DNA from: Phycisphaerales bacterium
GTDB taxonomy: Bacteria > Planctomycetota > Phycisphaerae > UBA1845
Length of the DNA stretch: 64,000 nucleotides
Direction of reading: 5' to 3'
Assembly (NCBI GenBank): GCA_003597935.1
Contig: QZJT01000058.1
Location: 3,639 to 67,638, forward strand
Shown here: one piece after another, positions 47,805-56,446 of the stretch
How positions within the stretch are numbered: the stretch's first letter is position 1
Layout: the number at the start of each line of letters is the position of its first letter
Program-made: the position numbers and the translations under genes
The notes under the pieces: model-generated
Database searches by the model: none
What the model was told of the DNA's origin: nothing
What the model saw: only the letters and a program-made list of their open reading frames with translations

Positions 47805-49526
47805 TCACTCGGGATAACGCTCGTCCCGGTGATTCTCCCCATGGCACAGCAGGGTACACGAGCCGCTCAGGCGGCCGGTGTCACGGAACTCCAGTCGCCC
47901 GCTCTGGGGGTCCGGCCGGACAATCGTCGTATCGAAGTTGATCAGCCGGGTGTGGTCGCCGCTACCGCCCGGCACCAGGTTGCTCACGCCGTGGGGGGCA
48001 TGGCAGGCGGAACAGGGCGTGCGCTCTTCGACAATGTGCATCCGATGTTCGGAGAAGCTCTCGTCGGAGAGGATGCTGGTGCGCTCGTGACACTTGTAGC
48101 ACAGCGCGTAGGCGGACGCGGACTCCGGCGTGTCGTCGTCGGTGACGTATTCGCGTTCCAGCAGGAAATCGTAGATCGAGCCGTGGGGGCCGTCCGGCCC
48201 CGCGCCGCCGCCCCGCTGCCCGCTGTCGCTGTTGTGGCAGTCGGTGCAGCGCAGGAGCGATCCGCGCGGCACGTTGGGGACCAGGCTGGGCGACTCGGAG
48301 CTGACCGACGCCGCCGCCACGGGGTGGAAACTTTCGTTGGTGGGCTGAAACAGCAGGCGGACGTTTGACGTCTGCGACTGACGCGGCACGGCGCCGGGCA
48401 CCGATACCGCCGTATCGGCGTGGCAGCGATAACAGACCTCGTACTCGAACTGCGCTTCCTCGACTTCGGCGCCGCCGGACGACACGCCGCGCGTCTTCAG
48501 CAGCGTCTGTCCGATGCGGCGGTAGCCCCCCCCCCGTTCCGGCGCCATCGCCGCGTGGCCGTTGTGGCAGTCGGCGCATTCCACGTGGGTGTTGTCCACC
48601 AGCGCGGGTTCCGCCGGGTCGTGCCTGGCGCTGTAGCGTCGCGGGTCGTGCCCGCTGATCTTGTCCAGCTCCGTCTGAATGTCGGTCTTCGCCACGCGTC
48701 CGTCGTGGCAGATCAGGCAGTTTCTCTCCTCGTCGCCGAAGAGCAGCAGCCGGTCGGGTCCGCCGGCCGTGTGCGGCCGGTGGCAGCTTCGGCAGGCGTT
48801 CTGGGCCACGGTGTCGTAAGGCCAGCCCCCCTCCGAGTGCCCCCCGACCCGGGCCTGCGACAGCCGGTGCGACGCGCCGGCCCAGCCGCTCATCTGGTGG
48901 CAGGTCGTGCAGAGTTCGCCGAACTCGTTGGGCAGGACGAGGAAGTCGCCGTACTGATCGTTGTGGGCGTCGTGACACGCGGTACACTGAAGCTCGCCGT
49001 CCGTACCGAGCCGGATCTCAAGCGGCAGCGAGTGCGGGTCCGCGAGCTGCCCGTCGGCCAGCGCCAGCCCTGACGTGTAGAAGAAGCTGACCGGGTGATC
49101 GTCCGACAGATCCGTGCCCAGGTGGGCCGGACCGGACGGCAGGTAGTCTCCCGTGCGCATCTGGATGCGTTCCGCCCGGCTCAGGACGCTGCCCAGCGCG
49201 ATCGTACCGTCGTGACAGCTCAGACACAGTTTGCTGGCACCGGTCGGCTGGCCGGGTCTGGCATCCAGCGTCGACGAGCGGTAGATGCGGTAGTTGGCGC
49301 TGGGCACGTCGCGGTTCCATAGCGGGCGCAGTCCGCTGGTGTTGTGCGGCGCGTGGCAGAAGATGCAGACCTGCCGCTCCGTCTGAGCGCGCACCTGTCC
49401 CGGTCCGCCGGCGGACAGGTTGTGGACGGTGTCGGAGACGTGGAGCTGGGCGGCGGCGGTGGAGAGGAACACGAGCGTGAAGATTGCGACGGCTGTCCCA
49501 GGGACCGCCAGGCTCGCACCTGGCAA
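47805..49526 (-). CDS. multiheme c-type cytochrome, 11 CxxCH motifs plus one CxxxCH
   Basis: Motifs counted by eye: CIFCH, CLSCH, CTACH, CTTCH, CRSCH, CLICH, CADCH, CYRCH, CTDCH, CYKCH, CSACH and CTLLCH. I propose a TTG start at 49526 before the signal-like PGASLAVPGTAVAIFTLVFLSTAAA. The upstream ORF extension is REP sequence. Confidence 0.85.
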   Translation of the reverse strand: MPGASLAVPGTAVAIFTLVFLSTAAAQLHVSDTVHNLSAGGPGQVRAQTERQVCIFCHAPHNTSGLRPLWNRDVPSANYRIYRSSTLDARPGQPTGASKLCLSCHDGTIALGSVLSRAERIQMRTGDYLPSGPAHLGTDLSDDHPVSFFYTSGLALADGQLADPHSLPLEIRLGTDGELQCTACHDAHNDQYGDFLVLPNEFGELCTTCHQMSGWAGASHRLSQARVGGHSEGGWPYDTVAQNACRSCHRPHTAGGPDRLLLFGDEERNCLICHDGRVAKTDIQTELDKISGHDPRRYSARHDPAEPALVDNTHVECADCHNGHAAMAPERGGGYRRIGQTLLKTRGVSSGGAEVEEAQFEYEVCYRCHADTAVSVPGAVPRQSQTSNVRLLFQPTNESFHPVAAASVSSESPSLVPNVPRGSLLRCTDCHNSDSGQRGGGAGPDGPHGSIYDFLLEREYVTDDDTPESASAYALCYKCHERTSILSDESFSEHRMHIVEERTPCSACHAPHGVSNLVPGGSGDHTRLINFDTTIVRPDPQSGRLEFRDTGRLSGSCTLLCHGENHRDERYPE

Positions 49527-49572
49527 CTTGGCGGCGCGATGCTGCGATAGAGCGCGTTGTCCCGCAGGATGC

Positions 49573-49619
49573 TCCGCGCGGGCTGACCTGCCTGCCGGCA
49601 GGCAGGAGCCACGCGGCTC
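49573..49619. repeat. REP family B, long form
   Basis: TCCGCGCGGGCTGACCTGCCTGCCGGCAGGCAGGAGCCACGCGGCTC. Confidence 0.65.
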
Positions 49620-49656
49620 GCTCACTGGGCGTGCGCGCGCGCGCCAAAGCGGTGAG

Positions 49657-50691
49657 TTAGGGCTCAGTCTGGGGTGGTTGCGATGCGTCGGGCACATAAT
49701 CGAACACCTGCAAACGTTGATTGTATGAGTCGCAGATCCAGATGCGGTCCGTGTCGTCGATGAAGATGCCTCCGGGCAGCCAGAACTGGCCCGGGCCGGT
49801 CCCCTCTTCGCCGAAGGTCAGCAGCAGCCGGCCCTGGCGATCGAAGATCTGCACGTTCTCGAAGCGGGCGTCCACCACGTAGACGTGTCCGTCGCGGTCC
49901 AGCGCGATCGCCTTGGGCAGGGCCAGGTCTCCGAAGGCGTCCCCCGCCTGCCCGAAGGCCGCTTGCGGCGCTGCCAGTCGCGACAGGCGCTGCACGCGAT
50001 GGTTGCCGGCGTCGACGACCCACACGTCCTCTCCGGCGACGACCAGATCGCAGGGGAAGTTGAACTCCCCGGCGCCGCCGCCGCGCCGTCCCAGCGTGCG
50101 CACGGGCCGCCCGTCGGCGGTCAGGACCTTGACGTCATGGGCCAGCACGTCCACGACGTACAGCTCGCCGACCGCGTCGTCCCAGAAGACGCTCACCGGC
50201 CTCTGCACGTCGTCGGGCAGCGCCAGGGCCGAGTCGCTTCCGCCGTTTTCTGGCGAAACGCGGTAGACGGCGCCTTCTTCCGAGTCGCAGACGTACACGG
50301 CGCTGCCCGGCCCCACGCAGACGTCGACCGGCGTCAGCAGCGCGGCGTCGCCGACGTGCGTGATCCTGCGGTGCTGGCGGCGCTGCAGATCGAACAGGTG
50401 GACGCAGCGCCAACCGGGATCCGCCACCCACACGTATCGTCCGTCGCGGGACCGGACCGCGGAACGCGGACCGTTCAGCCGGTCCGGTTCCTTCGAGCCC
50501 AGCAGCAGGCCGCCCAGCCCCTCGAAGGGCTTGGGCGCCGGGCGCAGGTCGGCCGAGGTGCTGATCTGCCCGACGTAGCGGATGCGGGCCGGCTGACCGT
50601 CCGACGGCCACACGATCTGCGGGTGGGTCTCCTCGAAGATCGGCTTCAGCGGGCGCTGGCAGCCGGCGGTGACGAGTGCGATGGCGATCAT
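49657..50691 (-). CDS. NHL-repeat beta-propeller lipoprotein
   Basis: The ATG at 50691 gives MIAIALVTAGC (lipobox). NHL-like blades include RYVWVADPG, AVYVCDS, ELYVVDV, DVWVVDAGNHRVQRL, HVYVVDARFENVQIF and RIWICDSYNQRLQVF. Confidence 0.8.
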   Translation of the reverse strand: MIAIALVTAGCQRPLKPIFEETHPQIVWPSDGQPARIRYVGQISTSADLRPAPKPFEGLGGLLLGSKEPDRLNGPRSAVRSRDGRYVWVADPGWRCVHLFDLQRRQHRRITHVGDAALLTPVDVCVGPGSAVYVCDSEEGAVYRVSPENGGSDSALALPDDVQRPVSVFWDDAVGELYVVDVLAHDVKVLTADGRPVRTLGRRGGGAGEFNFPCDLVVAGEDVWVVDAGNHRVQRLSRLAAPQAAFGQAGDAFGDLALPKAIALDRDGHVYVVDARFENVQIFDRQGRLLLTFGEEGTGPGQFWLPGGIFIDDTDRIWICDSYNQRLQVFDYVPDASQPPQTEP

Positions 50692-50733
50692 CGTCAGCGC
50701 GAATGTCAGGAGAGGCGTTGCGGGGTGGCCCGT

Positions 50734-50808
50734 GCAATCCGAACCGCGACGGTGAGGGAGCGGGCCGGGCGCGATCTCGCTATCCGAACCGCGACCGTAA
50801 GGGAGCGG
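50734..50808. repeat. two REP family A copies
   Basis: GCAATCCGAACCGCGACGGTGAGGGAGCGG and CTATCCGAACCGCGACCGTAAGGGAGCGG. Confidence 0.75.
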
Positions 50809-51056
50809 CTTCTGCAGAGCGTTCACATCTGGAACGCGTTTCGAATCGTGGGAGAGCGCGCCGTGATCCACGCCTCCTCCGCCCCTTCGGGGCGGACGGT
50901 TGGGGGGGGGCGCTATCCACGGGTTCCGCTTCACCCGCCTTACGGCGGGCTTCGCTCCACCCGTGGCTACACTCCTTGGCCCCTCCGGAGCCGCAGAGTG
51001 GGCCCATGGCCCCTGCGAGGCAGCGGACTCGGCCGATGCCCCCTCCGGGGCCGCAG

Positions 51057-51176
51057 ACACCGGTTCAAAACCGGTGCCACACGGAGACACCGGTTCAAAA
51101 CCGGTGCCACACGGAGACACCGGTTCAAAACCGGTGCCACACGGAGACACCGATTGAAAACCGGTGTCACACGTGG
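51057..51176. repeat. four tandem 30-bp units, each with an internal hairpin (CACCGG-TTCAAAA-CCGGTG)
   Basis: ACACCGGTTCAAAACCGGTGCCACACGGAG occurs three times, followed by one degenerate copy. On the minus strand each unit reads TGGCAC-N5-TTGA. Confidence 0.85.
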
Positions 51177-51318
51177 GTCGTCGCCTCGCACGGGTCGAGG
51201 CGGATGGGTTGCGCCTAATCGGTGTCATTGGCCACACGAGTCTCTTCGTTCGTTCTTCGCCATTCGACATCCGCTTTTCATTCGTCATTCTCCTGCATCG
51301 ACCTTGGCCCTTCGCCCT

Positions 51319-53388
51319 TCAGAACCTCCTGCGCACCTGCACCAACAGGGCCGAATGGCGGTTGTCGGTGAAGTCGTCCTCGAAGGTGCCGTATTCGTAC
51401 GTCAAGCGGAACGACGTCTTCCGCACGTTGTATTCCAGCGATACGTCGGCGTCGACGCCGCGGTCGTCGCCGCTGAGCGTGTCCTGCAAGCGGCGATACT
51501 GCACCGCCCCCTCCACGTTGAGTCGGGCCGTGATCGGGTGGCGGTAGCGGCCTTCCAGCGACAGCAGCCGCGTCCGCCGCTCTTCGGCCGTCTCGAAACG
51601 GATGTCCGACCATCGGGCCGTCAGGGCGGCCGTGGCCCCGAAGTCGAAGCGGTGCGTGTACCCGGCATTGAGGCGTAGCGCGGTGAACGGGCTGATGGTC
51701 GATTCGTGGTCCTCGTGCTCGGCCCCCAGCGTCAGCCCGCCGCGGCGATACTCTACGCCCAGAATGTGTACGGTGAGGTCCTCTTCCTGAAAGCCCGTCG
51801 AGCGTTGCGGCGAAATCACCTGGTCCTGGTTGCGGAAGCGATAGTACGGCGTCAGGCCGAAATCGAACTCCTGGCGGATGCCGAAGCCGTGGCTGGTCGT
51901 GTCCAGCGTGAAGTCGCCGCCGACGTTGAGCACGTAGTCGATCAGGACGGTCTGGCCCTCGGCGATGAGGCCGGTGGGGTCGCGCTCGATCTCGATCCGG
52001 TTGCCGAAGACGCGGACGCGGTAGTCGCGGCCGGAGCCGTACAGCGTCGTGGCCTGCTCGTCGGTGATGACGATGCTGGCGACCTCAAGGTCCTGGGCCT
52101 GGAGGATGATCGGCTCGCCGTCCTGGAAGCGATGCGCCTCGTCGAACACCTCGACGCGTTGATCGCCGCCGCGGCGCTCCTGCCGCTGAAACGCGAAGCG
52201 GTAATCGGCCCGCAGCACGCCCCAGCGGTTCTTCTTGCGGTAGTCGAAGGAGGCGTTCCAGCCCACGCGGTCGACGTCCGCTCCCGATCCGAACGTCTGC
52301 TGCTGGCCGTACGCGCCGACCTGCGACGTGAGGCTCTCGTACAGTTGGTGCTCCAGCGATCCGCTCAGCAGCACCGAGCGTTCATCGATCGGGTCGCCGC
52401 CCGCCAGGCTCCCCTGTGTCCGGTCCAGCCACTCGAAGTCGAACCAGGAGCGCAGGTTCTCCGCGTGTTCGAGCCGCAGCCGCTCACGCCATTGGATGCG
52501 CTCGATATCGAACGTGCCGCGCTGATCGAGGAAGCTGAGCGTCGATTCGAGGTGGTGCTGGTGAAGCTCGCCGAAGGCCAGCCGATGGGAAAGCGAGGCG
52601 TCGTCGGAGTCGTAGTTGAATCCGAAGGGCGCCTGCTCGATCGACTGATGGCTGTAGCGCAGTCCCAGCGTGTTGGACGGGCTGAAGTTGTAGGCCGTGT
52701 CGAATCCGAAGACGGTGCTCTTCTGCTGGCGCTGCTCCTCGTCGGAGCCGAGCGCCTCGAACTCGCTGGTGGTGTGCTCGAAGTTGATGGAGGTGGGCGT
52801 CTTCTCGCTGACGTAGCGCCAGTCGAAGCCGTAACCGGTGGTGATCGTCTGCAGGCTGGGCAGGAACGGACGGGCGTCGATCGAGCGCCGGCGGCGGGCG
52901 AAGACGCTGGCCGGATAGGGCTTTTTTTTCAGGAACGTGGCGGAGAGGTCGAACTCATCGATGCTGCCGTCGTCGCTGCTGCGGCGGGTGACGCCGTCGC
53001 GCGTGTCCTCGAACTCCTGCTGCAACAGTCCGAACGTCCCCGCCAGGGCGAACTCCATCAGGTTCGGGTGATAGGTGTAGCCGTCCAGCGTCAGGCTCAG
53101 CTCCTCCTCGAAGATCGTCTCGTCCGTCGAGACGTCCGTCCCGCCCACCTTCGACCGCTGATCGCGGGAGTTCTGACGGGCGACGAAATCGAGGTATCCG
53201 CCCACGTCGGTGACGTGTACGTCGCCGACGCCGCGGCGACGGGCGCCTTCGCCGGTGCAGCCGGCGGTGCAGATCGTCAGCGCCAGGCCGGACAGGCACG
53301 CCAGGGCGATGAGACGTTCGGCGCCGGCCGCGGTTCCGGTCGTCCACGGGGGGGGGGTGCCCAGAACCTGTCGGCGTCGGTGGCTCAA
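51319..53388 (-). CDS. outer-membrane beta-barrel protein (porin-like, 689 aa)
   Basis: The signal/lipobox-like N-terminus is LACLSGLALTICTAGC. Alternating amphipathic strands rich in Y/F/R/D run throughout. The C-terminus ends VQVRRRF (terminal Phe). Its start overlaps the stop of the pentaheme gene (ATGA). Confidence 0.75.
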   Translation of the reverse strand: MSHRRRQVLGTPPPWTTGTAAGAERLIALACLSGLALTICTAGCTGEGARRRGVGDVHVTDVGGYLDFVARQNSRDQRSKVGGTDVSTDETIFEEELSLTLDGYTYHPNLMEFALAGTFGLLQQEFEDTRDGVTRRSSDDGSIDEFDLSATFLKKKPYPASVFARRRRSIDARPFLPSLQTITTGYGFDWRYVSEKTPTSINFEHTTSEFEALGSDEEQRQQKSTVFGFDTAYNFSPSNTLGLRYSHQSIEQAPFGFNYDSDDASLSHRLAFGELHQHHLESTLSFLDQRGTFDIERIQWRERLRLEHAENLRSWFDFEWLDRTQGSLAGGDPIDERSVLLSGSLEHQLYESLTSQVGAYGQQQTFGSGADVDRVGWNASFDYRKKNRWGVLRADYRFAFQRQERRGGDQRVEVFDEAHRFQDGEPIILQAQDLEVASIVITDEQATTLYGSGRDYRVRVFGNRIEIERDPTGLIAEGQTVLIDYVLNVGGDFTLDTTSHGFGIRQEFDFGLTPYYRFRNQDQVISPQRSTGFQEEDLTVHILGVEYRRGGLTLGAEHEDHESTISPFTALRLNAGYTHRFDFGATAALTARWSDIRFETAEERRTRLLSLEGRYRHPITARLNVEGAVQYRRLQDTLSGDDRGVDADVSLEYNVRKTSFRLTYEYGTFEDDFTDNRHSALLVQVRRRF

Positions 53389-53975
53389 GGGTCACGTTGG
53401 AGCAGGAAGAACCGTCCATCCCCTCCGTGGGGGTCATGGCACACCGTGCAGGCGTCTTCCGACAGCTCCTGGTGGTGGAGACCGGCGGTCATGTCGTCGC
53501 GCGAGTGGCACTGAAGGCAGACGCCCGGCTCCGGCAGCTTGAGCAGGTGCAGCTCGACGGATGAGTGCGGTTCATGGCAGGTCAGGCAGGCGTCGACCGC
53601 GACCGGACCGTGAAGGAACATACGCTTGCCGGGCGGGTCCGCGTGGCACAGGGCGCACAGTCCCCGGTCGACGGGTTTGACCAGCCGCCCGCTGAAGGCG
53701 TCGTGACAGCCGTCGCAGCGGTCGGACGCATACGGCGGGTGTACGGAGAGCGGCTGCCGCACCACCCGCCGCCGCTCGTGGGGCGACGTGGTGTCCGCAG
53801 GCAGCGGTCTACCGCCGGGGCCCAGGGCGACCGGGACGGCGTTCGGATCGGGGACGCCGTCAAAGAAGAAGGTCAGCACCTGATAGCGCGTCGCCTGGGC
53901 GCAGGCCAGCCCCAGTCCGACCACCCCCGTGGCGCCGAGCAGATTCACGAGTTGGCGTCGTCCGTCGGACGTCAC
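53385..53975 (-). CDS. pentaheme c-type cytochrome (c3/c7-like, periplasmic)
   Basis: The motifs are CDGCH, CALCH, CLTCH, CLQCH and CTVCH. It has an N-terminal signal/TM segment. Confidence 0.85.
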   Translation of the reverse strand: MTSDGRRQLVNLLGATGVVGLGLACAQATRYQVLTFFFDGVPDPNAVPVALGPGGRPLPADTTSPHERRRVVRQPLSVHPPYASDRCDGCHDAFSGRLVKPVDRGLCALCHADPPGKRMFLHGPVAVDACLTCHEPHSSVELHLLKLPEPGVCLQCHSRDDMTAGLHHQELSEDACTVCHDPHGGDGRFFLLQRDP

Positions 53976-53998
53976 GGCCGGCCCTTCTTACGTCGCGA

Positions 53999-55306
53999 TC
54001 ACGCCCCCTCCGGCGCCGGTTCGGCGCCGGCGTCCTGCCCGTTGTCGGCCGGGTCGATCGGGGACTGCGCCCCCTGCGGCAGGGGCAGCGGAGTCTGGTC
54101 CTCATCCACCGGCACCGGCGGCAACGCCCGGATCTGTGATTCCGCCAGCCTGTACCCCTCGGGGAACTGCCCGAAGGCGTACACGTTGATCAGCCGCGGC
54201 CCGTACTGGCTGACCACGAACAGCAGGTAGTCCACCGAGAAGTCCTTGTGGACGTATTGCTGGAAGAACGCCGCGGAGTTCTTGTCCACGGCCAGCGTCG
54301 ACGGCAGCACCAGCGCCCCGGGCAGGTTCCCCGGCCCGGCGAAGCGCATCAGGATGTGGCCCTCCGGGTCGAACATCTGCACGATCTCGGTGGCGCCGTC
54401 GGTGACGTAGATGATCCCGTCCGGGCCGGCCCGGATGCCGCGCGGGCGGCCGAACTGGCCCAGCCGATAGCCCGGCGCCCCCTTCACCCACACCATCTCG
54501 CCCTCCAGCGTGAGCTTCTGAACGCGGAAGTTGTGCGTATCGCTGACGTAGAGGAAGCCGTCCGGGCTGGTGCAGAGGCTGCTGGGACGATTGAACTGGC
54601 CCGGTTCGCGTCCGGGGCCGCCGAAGGTGCGCAGCACCTCGCCGGTGGTGCGGTCCAGCACCACCACCTGGCAGGTCTCGTCGTTGTCGAGCACGAACAG
54701 TTCGTTGCCGTGCAGCGCCACGTCCACCGGGTAGCCGGGCTGAGGGACGTCGAAGGCGGAGACGAAGTTGTCGCTGGGTCCGAAGACGACGATCTGCCGC
54801 CGGAACGGATCGGCCACGAACTTGTAGCCCAGTGGGTCGATGCAGATGTTGATGGGCTTGCGCAGCCGGCCGGGGCCCTGATAGCCGAAGACCGAGTAGG
54901 TCTTGTTCTTGAAGTCCAGCTTGCAGATGCAGATGTCCTTGGTGTCGCAGACGTACACCGACCCGTCGTGGACGGCCACGCCGTAGGGCTTGTTGATCTG
55001 CCGGGGGGCCTGGGGTTCTTCGCCCAGGATGAACTCCTCGAACGACGTGCGCGGTGGTTCGACCTCGGCCGCGCCGCTGGCCCACGTGAGGAACTGGATG
55101 CGGGGCTTCTCCGGCGGCGAGGGGAAGAAGAGCCAGGTCGGCTCGGCTTTCTCGGCCGTTTTGCAGCCGCAAGCCAGCATCAGCAGGCCGGCCGCGGCCA
55201 CGGGGACGTAACCTGGGCGTAGACGTTGCGGCACACCTGACCTCCACTCGCCCGCGTCCGATAGAGACGGGCCCGAACCCGGGGGCGTCCTCCACCGGCG
55301 ATTCAT
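53999..55306 (-). CDS. NHL-repeat beta-propeller lipoprotein
   Basis: The start MNRRW is followed by AAAGLLMLACGC (lipobox). Blades include SVYVCDT, YKFVADPFRRQIVVF, ELFVLDN, FLYVSDTHNFRVQKL and IIYVTDGATEIVQMF. Confidence 0.8.
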   Translation of the reverse strand: MNRRWRTPPGSGPSLSDAGEWRSGVPQRLRPGYVPVAAAGLLMLACGCKTAEKAEPTWLFFPSPPEKPRIQFLTWASGAAEVEPPRTSFEEFILGEEPQAPRQINKPYGVAVHDGSVYVCDTKDICICKLDFKNKTYSVFGYQGPGRLRKPINICIDPLGYKFVADPFRRQIVVFGPSDNFVSAFDVPQPGYPVDVALHGNELFVLDNDETCQVVVLDRTTGEVLRTFGGPGREPGQFNRPSSLCTSPDGFLYVSDTHNFRVQKLTLEGEMVWVKGAPGYRLGQFGRPRGIRAGPDGIIYVTDGATEIVQMFDPEGHILMRFAGPGNLPGALVLPSTLAVDKNSAAFFQQYVHKDFSVDYLLFVVSQYGPRLINVYAFGQFPEGYRLAESQIRALPPVPVDEDQTPLPLPQGAQSPIDPADNGQDAGAEPAPEGA

Positions 55307-55338
55307 ACAAGCAGCGTACCAGACGAACGCCGCGCATG

Positions 55339-55369
55339 AAAAACGCACACCCGCAGTCGCGGGTGTGCG
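55339..55369 (-). terminator. intrinsic terminator after the tetraheme cytochrome gene
   Basis: The minus-strand RNA forms CGCACACCCGC-GACU-GCGGGUGUGCG, an 11-bp stem, followed by UUUUU. Confidence 0.6.
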
Positions 55370-55430
55370 CTGCCAGCGATCCTGAAACAGCGGGCGGGTG
55401 TCGCCGCAAGCGACGCTCCGCCGGAACAGC

Positions 55431-56072
55431 CTACTTGTTATGGCACTCCAGGCAGATCACGCTTTCTTCCAGCGGCGCCCGCAGGAACTTGCCCAGGCCG
55501 GGGTTGTGCGGGTTGTGACAGGAACTGCACTCGACCCGCTCGACGCCCTGCAGCTCGATCAGCCGCACGCCCAGCGCCTTGCCGCGGGTCATAAACTCGT
55601 TCGGGTCGTTGAAATCCTCGCCCGGGGCGGGGTACTCGATGCCGATCGGGTGGTCGTTCGACAGGTCCGTGCCCAGGTTCGCGGGCGAATCCGGGTCGAT
55701 GACCACGTTGCCCTGCTTGCCGCCGTAGCTGTCGATGGCGGTGACGCCGTCGTGGCAGCTCAGGCACTTCTTGCTGGTGCCCTCCGGCTGACCGGCCTCG
55801 TTGTGGTACATCTGGAACGTCTCCTGCGTCTCCGCGTGGTTCCACAGGACGTTCTCCTCCCCGGCCTGCAAGGCGTTGTGCGGCACGTGACACGGCAGGC
55901 AGACCTGGTTCAGCTCGATCTCCACGCCGGGATAGTTGTTCAGGTTGTGAGGGGAGTTGACGATGCTCTCGATCGGCCAGGTCTGCGGATCGTAGGGGTC
56001 GAACTGCCCCAGGGCCGTCGTCGCAGAGCCCAGCAGCGCCACTGTCACCACGATTGCTGATGCACGTTTCAT
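55431..56072 (-). CDS. tetraheme c-type cytochrome, secreted
   Basis: GGAGG lies 5 nt before the ATG at 56072. The signal is MKRASAIVVTVALLGSATTALG. The motifs are CLPCH, CLSCH, CSSCH and CLECH. SPHNL and DLSNDHP motifs are shared with the 47805 cytochrome. Confidence 0.85.
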   Translation of the reverse strand: MKRASAIVVTVALLGSATTALGQFDPYDPQTWPIESIVNSPHNLNNYPGVEIELNQVCLPCHVPHNALQAGEENVLWNHAETQETFQMYHNEAGQPEGTSKKCLSCHDGVTAIDSYGGKQGNVVIDPDSPANLGTDLSNDHPIGIEYPAPGEDFNDPNEFMTRGKALGVRLIELQGVERVECSSCHNPHNPGLGKFLRAPLEESVICLECHNK

Positions 56073-56241
56073 GCTAACCTCCCCGGGGATCCTGTTCCCC
56101 ATTCGATGCCGTCTGACGCCACAGGCGCCGGCAAGCGTCGTCAGTCCGACGCGTCGTCTGTTCCAATCTCTCCGCCCCGGCCGCACCCACGCCGCCGCGG
56201 TGCGCAGCCACTGAGGCGGACAAAACGCTCCGCCATTCTGC

Positions 56242-56258
56242 AAGCACCCTCCGTGCCG
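56242..56258 (-). promoter_or_regulatory. candidate sigma54 (-24/-12) promoter upstream of the tetraheme cytochrome gene
   Basis: The minus strand reads CGGCACGGAGGGTGCTT. The GG and GC dinucleotides are 10 nt apart, as in TGGCACG-N4-TTGCW. It lies about 170 nt upstream of the ATG at 56072. Confidence 0.4.
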
Positions 56259-56446
56259 GACGATCGGGACGGGCGGCGCTGAGCCGCCGGGCTGAGCGCG
56301 CCATTCCCAGGCTCTCCGTAACCCGTTATCCGTAAAGTGGTTGTGATCGTCGGCGTCTTGGCCGTCGCCGGCGGCGGCCGGCGCGTCCGCGTCCGGCTTT
56401 CTCAGGAACGGGAACGGCGCGGCGGCAATTCCAGATGCTGAGACAC

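Noticed and set aside
49527-49697. ORF-track N-terminal extensions of the 12-heme cytochrome and of the NHL gene (50692-51288).
   Set aside because: The extensions consist of REP family A/B copies and the 30-bp tandem array read through in frame. The signal or lipobox sequences begin downstream of them.
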